Positions 36,620-45,727 of a stretch of DNA of 56,088 bases are shown here, piece by piece (the stretch's first letter is position 1; every line of letters begins with the position of its first letter). This stretch comes from Opitutia bacterium (lineage in GTDB: Bacteria > Verrucomicrobiota > Verrucomicrobiia > Opitutales > Seribacteraceae), in contig JABGWD010000145.1 in NCBI GenBank assembly GCA_018645725.1, positions 1 to 56,088 of the forward strand, read 5' to 3'. Below the pieces are notes generated by a model, which did not search any database, was not told where the DNA came from, and worked only from the letters and a program-made list of their open reading frames with translations. A program made the translations under genes and the position numbers.

Positions 36620-37528
36620 TTAAGTTAGGTTTCTCTCTTGCCTTCTTTGCCTGACAAAACTTTCGGGCGATACTCCGTAAACCGACTTGAAGGCTCTCGA
36701 GAAGTGAAACGGGTTTTCGAAACCGAGCTCAAAGGCGATGTTCTTGATCAGGTTCCCCGTGGTGAGAAGCAAGGAAGCGGCATGTCCCATTTTTAACCGA
36801 ATGAGAAACTTGTAGGGGGTGTCTTTGTGAAACCTCCGGAAGATTCGGGACAAATAGGCGGGATCCACGTTTACCTCATTGGCCAACTCCTCGATTGATT
36901 TGATCGTAAAGTAATTTCTTCGCATGAATTGTAGCGCCCGGTTGTAAGTGTTCCAAGCCAGTGAAGCGCTTTGACTGAAGTGATTGGCTTTTTCGCACAG
37001 CTTCAAAATCAGGGCCTTCGCCAATGAATTGCAAAGGGACGCACCGTATTCGGAGTCCAAGTTCGCATTGCTCAGAATCAATTCGAACAGTTCCATGACT
37101 TCCCCAATCGAGGTTATTTGAAAAAGCCCTGCTTTGCCCGAATGAACTTCCTTGAATGGTTGTTGGGAGGGATGATGGGCACAGACGAGGAAATATTTGA
37201 GCATGGGCTTTTTGCTCGAATTCTCAATCCGATGGTGGACTCCCCTCGAGTAAGTAAAGACGGACCCCGGTTTGAGTTCGTGGAATTTGTCCCCAAGGCG
37301 AACCTGTCCTTCACCCTCCAAAACGAATTCGAAGGTCGTGAACCCCATGTTTTCGCGGTTGCTTGTATGCTGAGGGAAGGTCTTGCGATCGACCAGAAAT
37401 TCCGGCAAGCAGCGCTCGCATCCGACGCTTACCACGCTTAACTCTTCGTGGGTTTCGTCGGGAATTCCGAAGAGGATTTGCCTGGCATCGGTTACCTGTT
37501 TTGAAAAATGATTTTCTTTGGGTTGCAC
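36620..37528 (-). CDS. AraC family transcriptional regulator
   Basis: N-terminal cupin-like region; C-terminal HTH (AYLSRIFRR, IAFELGFENPFHFSRAFKSVYGVSP); GTG 37528 preferred over the track start 37570. Confidence 0.93.
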   Translation of the reverse strand: MQPKENHFSKQVTDARQILFGIPDETHEELSVVSVGCERCLPEFLVDRKTFPQHTSNRENMGFTTFEFVLEGEGQVRLGDKFHELKPGSVFTYSRGVHHRIENSSKKPMLKYFLVCAHHPSQQPFKEVHSGKAGLFQITSIGEVMELFELILSNANLDSEYGASLCNSLAKALILKLCEKANHFSQSASLAWNTYNRALQFMRRNYFTIKSIEELANEVNVDPAYLSRIFRRFHKDTPYKFLIRLKMGHAASLLLTTGNLIKNIAFELGFENPFHFSRAFKSVYGVSPESFVRQRRQERNLT

Positions 37529-37544
37529 GGTTAGGTTTCTAAAA

Positions 37545-37580
37545 GTCAAAAATAGATATGCGATAGTCAAGGATATGCAT
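37545..37580 (+). promoter_or_regulatory. Tandem direct repeat with 21-bp period, candidate AraC-family binding site
   Basis: GTCAAAAATAGATAT (37545) and GTCAAGGATATGCAT (37566) between divergent araC and the PSD1 operon. Confidence 0.6.
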
Positions 37581-37639
37581 TCGTAATTTGGCTTGTTTTG
37601 GATATTGTATGCTAACGACTACTCTCAAACCATTCAGCA

Positions 37640-37777
37640 ATGTCAAAAGCCTGCAAACCTGATGCCGTATCAAAGAAATCACGCCTTGGTGAGTCGCTTT
37701 CTCCAAAGTCCATCACTCCCTTGGATAAAATTCGGGAACTGATGCTTCATGCGTTTGACACCTGGGCGATACTTTAA
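37640..37777 (+). CDS. Putative 45-aa small protein (MSKACKPDAVSKKSRLGESLSPKSITPLDKIRELMLHAFDTWAIL)
   Basis: Translated by hand; below the track cutoff; its TAA directly abuts an in-frame ATG of the next gene (TAAATG). Confidence 0.4.
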   Translation: MSKACKPDAVSKKSRLGESLSPKSITPLDKIRELMLHAFDTWAIL

Positions 37778-40700
37778 ATGATTACAAGCACCATGAGTAT
37801 TGATTTGATTGGAAAGAAGTCGCTTTGGTTCGCGGGTGCGATCTTTCTGTCTTCTTCCTTTCTGAGCGGTTCCGAATTCGCTTTTTTCGAGTCCAAGGTT
37901 CGTCCGTTGTTGATCGAGCGTTGTTACGAATGCCATTCGCACAAGGCCAAAAAGCTCAAGGGCGATCTTTATTTGGACAGTCGCAAGGGGGTCTTGCAAG
38001 GCGGAGATAACGGTCCCTCGGTCAAACCCGGCAATCCGGAGGGTAGTTTGCTGATTGAGGCTATCCGTTACCGCGACCCCGATTTGCAGATGCCGCCCAA
38101 AACCAAGCTTTCGGACTCTGAAATTAAGATTCTGGAATCTTGGGTGTCCATGGGCGCCCCTTGGTCCGACGAACCCGAACCAACTGGAGGAACTACCAAG
38201 AAAATTTTCGATCTCGCTGGACGTCAGGCATCACATTGGGCATGGAAGCCCGTTGTTGAACCGGTCTTGCCTCAAGTTAAAGATGCAAACTGGGGAAAAC
38301 TACCCATCGACCGATTTATTCTGGCTCGTTTGGAAAAGAACGGTCTAATCCCTTCCGAATCAACGGATCGCAGAAGTCTGATCAGACGGGCGACGTATGA
38401 CTTGCGTGGCATGCCTCCCACCCCCGATGAAGTGAATGCCTTTGTTGAGGACGATTCACCCCAAGCCTTTGAAAAAGTCGTAGATCGCCTGCTTTCCTCT
38501 TCCGAATTTGGCGAAAAATGGGCTCGGCACTGGATGGATTTGTTTCGATACGCCGAAAGCCGAGGTCATGAATTTGATGCCAACACCCCCAATGCCTATC
38601 GCTACCGCGACTATTTGATCAGGGCCTTGAATGCGGACGTACCTTACGACCAGTTCGTGAGCGAACACATGGCGGGCGATCTCCTCGAAAAGCCTCGATT
38701 GCACCCTGAAACCGGGGCGAACGAATCGATTCTCGCAACAGGTTTTTGGTTTCTTGGTGAATGGATCCACTCGCCCGTCGATACTCGTCAGGATGAAGCC
38801 GATCGCTTTGACAACATGATCGGGGTCTTCTCCAAGAGTTTCCTCGGCTTGACCGTTGCTTGCGCCCGTTGTCACGACCACAAGTTCGATGCTATTTCAA
38901 CGAAGGACTTTTACGCTCTTCAGGGATACTTGCAGAGCTCGGGATATCGCCAAGCTCGGTACGAGACGATGGAGCATAATGGTGCGATTGCCCGGCAGTT
39001 GGACCAATTGGAACGCTCGGCGAATTTGGGAACCAAATGGGGCGCAGCCCTCGGTTCGGGTTCCGCGGATGCGGCGAAATATATTTTGGCGGCGGGCAAG
39101 GTTTTGCGTGGTGAGGTCGAATTCGAGAAGGACGCGCTTGTCAAAAATGATTCCGACCCCACGGGCCCAATCATATTTGCCGACTTTGAGGATGGAACTT
39201 ATGGCAAGTGGCTAACCACCGGGACAGCCTTCGGGAAAGGCCCGGTAACGCTTGCAACAAAGGCCGAGTACCAAAAGGACGTCCGTCCCCACGGGAAATT
39301 CTTCGTTAATTCCCACAACGTCCGCAAAGTTTCCGGTTCGGGGGATGACCAATTGGGCACCTTGACCAGTCCCCGCTTTCGCATAGAGCGGGATTTCATC
39401 ACTTTCCTGGTGGGCGGCGGCGCCTACAAGAAGGAAACCTGCGTCAATTTGTTGGTGGACGGGAAAGTCGTTCTTTCGGCAACCGGTCGGAACAACAACA
39501 CGATGGCGGAAACCAGCTGGGACGTTCGCCGGTGGAAGGGCTCGGAGGCCCGTTTGCAAGTGGTTGACAAACGGAAAGGAGGTTGGGGGAACATTGGTAT
39601 GGATCACATTGTATTTACCAATGAAAAAATTTCCGCAGGTAGCAAAGCCGTGGTGACCTCCTCGGTCGACGAGACAGCGGTCGCTTTGATTGCCCAGACC
39701 GAAAACTTGGAAAAGAAAAGGCTGTTTGCTTGGGTCAAGGCACTCTTTCAGGCGAAATCTAGTCGTTCCGGTCCTCTGGCTCCGTTGGCTGCCGTTTTCG
39801 GCAACAAGAAACCCGATTGGAATCCCTTGCGTTCCGAAAACGCGAACCTCGAAGATCGCAGAAAAAAATACCTCGAAGCGCGAGGGAAGCTTGAACTTGC
39901 TGTGGATTACGGTGACTTGCCTGCGGGCTTATTCCTGCAGGATGGTTACAGTTTTGGCCAACGCCCAAAACTTCCGGGCGATTTGATTCTGGATGCCAAC
40001 GGCGATCCGGCAGGAGTCGCACGCTGGGGAATGGCTCGCAGAGAGCCCTCTTGGAATGGTCTTCGCATTGTGGACTCCGCCAAAGATCCCGGAAAGCTTG
40101 GTTTTGTTCGGGCCGGCCTTACGCTTCGCACGCCAACCTTCACAAACTCGAGAGGAGACGCGCATTATCTTGTCAGGGGAAAAGCAAAGGCCGTTGCGGT
40201 AATCGATTCGCATCGCTTGGTTCAAGGACCTTTGCATGGAAATACCGTTCTCGATGCGGGACGCCCTGGTGAATTGACTTGGGTAACGCAAGATTTGGAC
40301 AAGCGTGGACAAACTTATTTGGGGCATCGTCTTCACCTTGAGTTCACGCCGGTGGACAGCAATGATTTTGAGGTTTTGATGATCGATCTTTCAAATGATT
40401 CCGCTGCCCGTGCGGAGGTTTTGAATTTCTTGAAAAATCCCCCGAATACTTTGTACGTTGGAGTGGATGATTTTGGGGAAACTGCCACCCTTGAACAATT
40501 GGCAACTCTGGTTGCCCGTAACCTGAAAAACGTTGCCGGCAAATTGGGCACTGCCCTCGGTTCGAGACCAGCTGATTTGGAGCAGGCGCGCTTGGCTGAT
40601 TGGTTGGTCCGAAACAAGGGATTAATCGGATTGGATGAGGAAAGTGTCACGGCTGAATTCGTTGCCGAATACAAGGAACTGGTTTCTCAAATCAAACGCG

Positions 40701-41719
40701 ATTCGCGTACTGCCATGGCTATGCTTGATGGTTCCCCGGATGATGAATACGTTTTTGTGCGGGGCAATCATCGCAGTCGGGGAGATGACGTGCCCCGCCG
40801 TTTTCTCGAGGCCTTGGGTGGCTTGGACGGGCCCATTTCCGAAACAGGCAGTGGACGGCTTGAATTGGCCCGTCAAATCACCGACCCCAAACGCAATCCG
40901 TTTGTTTCCCGGGTATTGGTCAATCGTCTGTGGCATCACTTGTTCGGTCGCGGGATTGTCCCATCCACCGATGACTTCGGAGTTTTGGGTCAACAACCCA
41001 CTCATCCCGATTTACTGGATCATTTGGCTGGCCGGTTGGTTGCGAAGGAGTGGTCCGTTAAAGCGACGATCAAGGAGGTAATGATGAGCCGAAGCTATCA
41101 AATGAGCAGCGAGGCAAAGGAACCGGGAGAAGAGAAGGATCCGGCGAACGCCTTGTGGCATCGAGCCAATTTACGTAGGTTGCAATCCGAATCCATTCGG
41201 GATACCCTGCTTTTTGTCTCCGGTAGGCTTGACCCCAAGATGTACGGAAATTCTGTGCCCACTTACCTGACGGCTTTCATGGAGGGCAGGGGAAGGCCCG
41301 GGAAGGGACCACTCGATGGTAATGGCAGACGAAGTGTTTACCTTTCCGTCCGTCGCAACTTTCTCTCCCCCTTCATGCTGGCGTTCGATACCCCTTCTCC
41401 ATTCAACGCGGTGGGTCGCCGAACGACGTCAAACGTTCCCTCGCAAGGACTGATCCTCATGAATGATCCTTTTGTCGTTGGGCAAGCTGGCTTGTGGGGA
41501 CAAAAATTGCTCAAACAGTATTCCGATACGGGCTCGCGAATCCAAAATCTTTACGAATCCGCCTTTTCCCGTCCACCCAGCAAACTCGAGATGGATGCAA
41601 CCCTTGCTTTCCTTGCCGAACAAGCCAATTTGCATGGCGTCACCGAGGATCACGAATTGCCTTGGAAGGATTTGGCCCATGCCATCATCAATACCAAGGA
41701 ATTCATCTTTTTGAATTAA
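37778..41719 (+). CDS. Planctomycete cytochrome c + DUF1549 + DUF1553 (PSD1/PSCyt) domain protein
   Basis: CYECH heme motif, QMPP, HWAW.P, GEKWARHWMD, CARCHDHKFD, RVLVNRLWHHLFGRG, PTHPDLLD, RRSVY, EFIFLN; start 37778 or 37793. Confidence 0.92.
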   Translation: MITSTMSIDLIGKKSLWFAGAIFLSSSFLSGSEFAFFESKVRPLLIERCYECHSHKAKKLKGDLYLDSRKGVLQGGDNGPSVKPGNPEGSLLIEAIRYRDPDLQMPPKTKLSDSEIKILESWVSMGAPWSDEPEPTGGTTKKIFDLAGRQASHWAWKPVVEPVLPQVKDANWGKLPIDRFILARLEKNGLIPSESTDRRSLIRRATYDLRGMPPTPDEVNAFVEDDSPQAFEKVVDRLLSSSEFGEKWARHWMDLFRYAESRGHEFDANTPNAYRYRDYLIRALNADVPYDQFVSEHMAGDLLEKPRLHPETGANESILATGFWFLGEWIHSPVDTRQDEADRFDNMIGVFSKSFLGLTVACARCHDHKFDAISTKDFYALQGYLQSSGYRQARYETMEHNGAIARQLDQLERSANLGTKWGAALGSGSADAAKYILAAGKVLRGEVEFEKDALVKNDSDPTGPIIFADFEDGTYGKWLTTGTAFGKGPVTLATKAEYQKDVRPHGKFFVNSHNVRKVSGSGDDQLGTLTSPRFRIERDFITFLVGGGAYKKETCVNLLVDGKVVLSATGRNNNTMAETSWDVRRWKGSEARLQVVDKRKGGWGNIGMDHIVFTNEKISAGSKAVVTSSVDETAVALIAQTENLEKKRLFAWVKALFQAKSSRSGPLAPLAAVFGNKKPDWNPLRSENANLEDRRKKYLEARGKLELAVDYGDLPAGLFLQDGYSFGQRPKLPGDLILDANGDPAGVARWGMARREPSWNGLRIVDSAKDPGKLGFVRAGLTLRTPTFTNSRGDAHYLVRGKAKAVAVIDSHRLVQGPLHGNTVLDAGRPGELTWVTQDLDKRGQTYLGHRLHLEFTPVDSNDFEVLMIDLSNDSAARAEVLNFLKNPPNTLYVGVDDFGETATLEQLATLVARNLKNVAGKLGTALGSRPADLEQARLADWLVRNKGLIGLDEESVTAEFVAEYKELVSQIKRDSRTAMAMLDGSPDDEYVFVRGNHRSRGDDVPRRFLEALGGLDGPISETGSGRLELARQITDPKRNPFVSRVLVNRLWHHLFGRGIVPSTDDFGVLGQQPTHPDLLDHLAGRLVAKEWSVKATIKEVMMSRSYQMSSEAKEPGEEKDPANALWHRANLRRLQSESIRDTLLFVSGRLDPKMYGNSVPTYLTAFMEGRGRPGKGPLDGNGRRSVYLSVRRNFLSPFMLAFDTPSPFNAVGRRTTSNVPSQGLILMNDPFVVGQAGLWGQKLLKQYSDTGSRIQNLYESAFSRPPSKLEMDATLAFLAEQANLHGVTEDHELPWKDLAHAIINTKEFIFLN

Positions 41720-41740
41720 CCGGTCATCCTATACCATATC

Positions 41741-43195
41741 ATGAATCATCATTGTAGAAAGTTCCGGGAGGCTCCTTCGACGCGACGGAGCATGCTGAAG
41801 AGTTGCGGGATGGGCTTTGGTGCGACGGCTCTTTCAGCCTTGTTACAGGACAAGGCTTTCGCCGGCCTCGATTCTTCCGGAAAGGATCGGCACTCCGCTC
41901 TTAATCCCCTTATGCCTCGGAAGCCTCATTTTCCGGCGCGGGCCAAAAGTGTAATTTTTCTATATATGGACGGGGGGGTCTCCCATGTCGATTCCTTTGA
42001 TCCCAAGCCCATGCTGAACAAGTGTCATGGACAGGATCCGAGAAAGCTGATGGATGTCCAACCGACCCAATTCAATAGCATCGGCAAAGTGCTGAAGAGT
42101 CATTGGGAATTCAAGAATTATGGATCCAGCGGCTTGCCCGTGAGCGATCTTTTTCCCCATATCGGCGACTGTGCCGATGACCTTTGCGTGATACGCTCGA
42201 TGACCTCCAATTTTCCCGAGCATACCAATGCCAATTACTTTTTGCATACCGGAAGCGGGCTGCAAGGGCGACCCAGTATGGGTGCTTGGGCTGGCTACGG
42301 CTTGGGCAGTGAGAATCAAGACTTACCTGGTTTCGTGGTCGTCAACGGGGGGCTTGTTCCCCCGGGGGGCTTGGATAATTTCAACGCAGGTTATCTTCCC
42401 GCCGCTTACCAGGGCAGTGTTTTTCGCAATGCCGGCATAGCAAACGTCAAAAGGAGCGATCCTAGCGACGCTCACCAGCGGTCCAAGTTGAACTTCATGC
42501 GCAAGCTTGATTCGGAGAACCTCAAGCGAGCCGGTGAGCATGACGCATTGGAGTCGGCGATTTCCAATCACGAACTGGCCTACCGTATGCAACTCGAAGT
42601 TCCCGAGTTGATGGATCTTTCGGGTGAACCCGAATACTTGAAGGAAGCCTACGGTTTCAATCAAAAGTGGAAAGGGACCCAGACTTTCGCCCGTTCCTGC
42701 ATGACTGCCCGCCGTTTGGTCGAGAGGGGCGTTCGCTTCATCGAACTGACTTGCCCTGGCGGATCGGGGGACAGATGGGATCAGCATAATAAGCTGCTTG
42801 ACGGACATACCAAGAATGCAAGGTCGGTGGATCAACCCATAGGCACTTTGCTCAAGGATTTGAAACAAAGAGGATTGCTCGACGAAACCCTGGTTGTGTG
42901 GACGGGGGAATTCGGTCGTACGCCTTTCGCCCAAGGGGGTGATGGGCGGGACCATCACCCTTGGGGCTTCTCGCTTTGGATGGCAGGCGGTGGAATCAAG
43001 GGCGGAACAACTTACGGGGCAACTGACGAATTCGGGTATCACGTCGTGGAGAACAAGTTGGAAATTCACGATTTGCACGCAACCATGCTTCACTTGTTAG
43101 GCGTCGATCACGAGCGTTCGACCTTCAGGTACGGTGGGCGTGACATGCGATTAACCGACGTTCACGGTCACGTCATTCATGATATCATAGCCTGA
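41741..43195 (+). CDS. DUF1501 family protein with Tat-like leader
   Basis: TRRSMLK leader; AKSVIFLYMDGGVSHVDSFDPKP, WDQH, GEFGRTP, GRDHHP, RLTDVHG. Confidence 0.93.
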   Translation: MNHHCRKFREAPSTRRSMLKSCGMGFGATALSALLQDKAFAGLDSSGKDRHSALNPLMPRKPHFPARAKSVIFLYMDGGVSHVDSFDPKPMLNKCHGQDPRKLMDVQPTQFNSIGKVLKSHWEFKNYGSSGLPVSDLFPHIGDCADDLCVIRSMTSNFPEHTNANYFLHTGSGLQGRPSMGAWAGYGLGSENQDLPGFVVVNGGLVPPGGLDNFNAGYLPAAYQGSVFRNAGIANVKRSDPSDAHQRSKLNFMRKLDSENLKRAGEHDALESAISNHELAYRMQLEVPELMDLSGEPEYLKEAYGFNQKWKGTQTFARSCMTARRLVERGVRFIELTCPGGSGDRWDQHNKLLDGHTKNARSVDQPIGTLLKDLKQRGLLDETLVVWTGEFGRTPFAQGGDGRDHHPWGFSLWMAGGGIKGGTTYGATDEFGYHVVENKLEIHDLHATMLHLLGVDHERSTFRYGGRDMRLTDVHGHVIHDIIA

Positions 43196-43357
43196 GTTTC
43201 CGTGGAATTTCTGTGTCCTTGCGGACACTGCGGGCTAAAAGTTTTCATTTTTTTTCCCCATCAAAAGAGACTGCCTGCAGAACGATCGCATATCGTCCCA
43301 GGGTTTTTAATCCTTGTAATCTTCGGTTTTAGCCCACAAGTTCTATTAGTTGCTCGA

Positions 43358-44452
43358 ATGGAAGATACTGTGCAAATGGAGGAGGTTTTCGACGCCCCCA
43401 CTGTGGAAATCTCCGAGCCATTGGAGGGGGCTTTTGGCAAATATCTCAGGGAATACAGGTTGTTGAACAGCCTTCTTCTCTCCTTGTTTTTCGTGACCTT
43501 TCTTTTCGTATGCCTGTGGGGCATCATCATATGGGAAGCGCCCCCCGGAGACCAAGGGTCGGATTTTTCCGATCCGGGCAAGCAACCCACTTCCACAAAA
43601 AAACAGGAGCAAAAAGTACGGCTCATGCAACGGCAAAAATCGGCCAAGCCCACGCAGACTTTTACCTTTCGTGCTCAAGCGATATCTGACATATCCGTGC
43701 CCTTCGTGGACATTGAGACCAGGGACTTGGATCCCGGGGTGGCCTTGAGTCCGATGGGTAACGTTGGCGACGTGAGCGTGAACGTTGATATGTCGGTTCT
43801 CGGGAAGGCTTTCTCCTCCAGTTTCATGGGCGTCAAGTCGAAGGCCAACAAAATCATGTTCATCATTGATTATTCGGCGTCCATGAGGGGTCGGGACAAG
43901 GTCATGAGGTCCGAGCTTTGCAAGGCGATCGAAAAGCTTCCCGCCGTTGGTTCCGTCGCAGTCATCTTCTTTTCCGGTCCAACATGGGTGGCCGGGGAAG
44001 ACGCCAAAGCTCTCCATGGCAAATGGAAGGGGGACAACAGCAAGAATGGATGGAAACCAGTGGGCGGGTACGAACCCAAGCGTCCCAAATGGCTTCCCGT
44101 TACCCCCTCCAACAAGAAAAAGCTTACCCAAGCGGTTAAAAGCACTCCGCTCACTTTCGGGACGGTCTGGGATAACTCGTTCGAATGGGCCTTTTACATG
44201 AATCCAAAACCGGATGTCGTCTATTTCATGACGGACGGCAACGCCAACGACAAGTTCAAGGGCATGGAAATCATCAAGCAAAAAAGAGGGGGAACCAAGA
44301 TTTATACTATTGGCTATGGCGCACCGGCCGGAGCCAAGGGGCCCCTTGAGGAAATTGCCGCCATGAGCGGAGGCAAAAGCAAATTTGTGGACATGGACGA
44401 AATTCGAGCCATGGAAAAGGAGATCGACAAAAATCCACCGAAAAAAAACTAA
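43358..44452 (+). CDS. Membrane-anchored von Willebrand factor A domain protein
   Basis: One TM helix, linker, MIDAS motif DYSAS...T...TDG, IYTIGY; ATG 43358 preferred. Confidence 0.82.
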   Translation: MEDTVQMEEVFDAPTVEISEPLEGAFGKYLREYRLLNSLLLSLFFVTFLFVCLWGIIIWEAPPGDQGSDFSDPGKQPTSTKKQEQKVRLMQRQKSAKPTQTFTFRAQAISDISVPFVDIETRDLDPGVALSPMGNVGDVSVNVDMSVLGKAFSSSFMGVKSKANKIMFIIDYSASMRGRDKVMRSELCKAIEKLPAVGSVAVIFFSGPTWVAGEDAKALHGKWKGDNSKNGWKPVGGYEPKRPKWLPVTPSNKKKLTQAVKSTPLTFGTVWDNSFEWAFYMNPKPDVVYFMTDGNANDKFKGMEIIKQKRGGTKIYTIGYGAPAGAKGPLEEIAAMSGGKSKFVDMDEIRAMEKEIDKNPPKKN

Positions 44453-44458
44453 ATACTC

Positions 44459-45310
44459 ATGAAATCAACCCTGTTGGCATGCTTTTTTGCCGTTCTTCTC
44501 GCCTTCCCTTTGTCCGCCGCGAAAAAAGCCCCGATCCGGGTTCTGCTCATTGACGGCCAGAACAATCACAACTGGAAAGCCACCACTCCGGTTATGGTCG
44601 AGGCTCTGCAAAAGGGAGAAGCGTTCGAGGTAACGGTTTCAACTTCTCCTCCCAAAAAATCCAATGCCGGAGATTGGGAGAAATGGGCACCTGCCTTCAA
44701 GAAGTTCGACGTGACCCTGAGCAATTATAACGGCGAGCTTTGGCCCGAGCAGGTTCAGGGGGCACTAATCGATTATGTCAAGGGAGGCGGGGCTTTCGTG
44801 GTTGTTCACGCCGCCAATAACGCATTTGGCAAATGGCCCGAGTACAACCGTATGATCGGTTTGGGCGGATGGGGTGGACGAAACGAAAAGTCCGGTCCTT
44901 ATCTGTATTTCAACGATCAGGGAAAACTTATCCGTGACCCGCGTCCGGGACGCGGGGGAAGCCATGGTCCGCAAAGCGCGTTCAAGGTTACCCTTCGAGA
45001 TGCGAAGCACCCGATTACGCAGGGGATGCCCAAAGTTTGGATGCATGCCAAGGACGAGTTATACGATTCCCTTAGAGGTCCTGCCGAAGGAGTCGAGGTC
45101 TTGGCCACGGCGTATAGTGAAAAGAGCAAGAGACACGAGCCCATGATCATGACGATTTCCTACGGAAAGGGCAGAGTTTTTCACACCCCGATGGGGCATG
45201 CCGACTATTCAATGAAATGCGTTGGTTTTCAAGATACCCTGAGAAGGGGAACCGAGTGGGCGGTCACGGGCAAAGTGAGCCTCGGATTGTCCGCCGATTT
45301 CCCTCGGTGA
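44459..45310 (+). CDS. ThuA-domain secreted protein
   Basis: Signal peptide; DGQNNHNW, VHAANNAF, DELY, GRVFHTPMGH, RGTEWA. Confidence 0.88.
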   Translation: MKSTLLACFFAVLLAFPLSAAKKAPIRVLLIDGQNNHNWKATTPVMVEALQKGEAFEVTVSTSPPKKSNAGDWEKWAPAFKKFDVTLSNYNGELWPEQVQGALIDYVKGGGAFVVVHAANNAFGKWPEYNRMIGLGGWGGRNEKSGPYLYFNDQGKLIRDPRPGRGGSHGPQSAFKVTLRDAKHPITQGMPKVWMHAKDELYDSLRGPAEGVEVLATAYSEKSKRHEPMIMTISYGKGRVFHTPMGHADYSMKCVGFQDTLRRGTEWAVTGKVSLGLSADFPR

Positions 45311-45368
45311 TCATCAAGTTGACCGCCTTTGAGGAATGGAGTACCCAATCTCCTCTGTCATTTGATCC

Positions 45369-45401
45369 AAAAAAAAGACCGTCCCGAGGGACGGTCTTTT
45401 T
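45369..45401. terminator. Bidirectional rho-independent terminator
   Basis: AAAAAAAA-GACCGTCC-CGAG-GGACGGTC-TTTTT between convergent genes. Confidence 0.9.
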
Positions 45402-45426
45402 ATAAATCCTTAAACGAGAAAGGGTT

Positions 45427-45543
45427 TTAGCTCGAAGAATTTTCTTCGGTGCTGTTACCTTCTCCTTCTTCGCTCGCGCCACCGCCGCAAGAAGCGAAGA
45501 GGGCCAACGAAAGGATGCTTAAGATGGTCAGAAAGGTCTTCAT
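45427..45543 (-). CDS. 38-aa lipoprotein MKTFLTILSILSLALFASCGGGASEEGEGNSTEENSSS
   Basis: Hand translation; MK + hydrophobic core + lipobox FASC; AAAAGGAAAC upstream; terminator just downstream; absent from the ORF track (<60 aa). Confidence 0.85.
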   Translation of the reverse strand: MKTFLTILSILSLALFASCGGGASEEGEGNSTEENSSS

Positions 45544-45589
45544 GACGTCTGTTTCCTTTTGTTTGGTTTAATATTATTGATTGGATTAC

Positions 45590-45639
45590 GTTGACGAGGT
45601 CAACAGCCCTTAAAATTGCGATTTCAGGGCTCCTGTCAA
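45590..45639 (-). promoter_or_regulatory. Candidate promoter/operator region for the small lipoprotein (divergent from xylB)
   Basis: Minus-strand TTGACA at 45639-45634; inverted repeats AGCCCT-N15-AGGGCT (45605-45631) and GTTGAC-N3-GTCAAC (45590-45604). Confidence 0.45.
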
Positions 45640-45727
45640 GGTGAAATCTTGAGTCAGTCGTTTCCCATTGTACTCTAAAAATCGCATTCTCATTGCAAAG
45701 TTCTTCTCCTTTTAGTTGCTTGGGAGG

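Noticed and set aside
45264-45482. 72-aa basic ORF resembling a ribosomal protein (MARAKKEKV...)
   Set aside because: An alternative frame of the small lipoprotein that runs through the terminator and overlaps the ThuA gene; no ribosomal protein motif.
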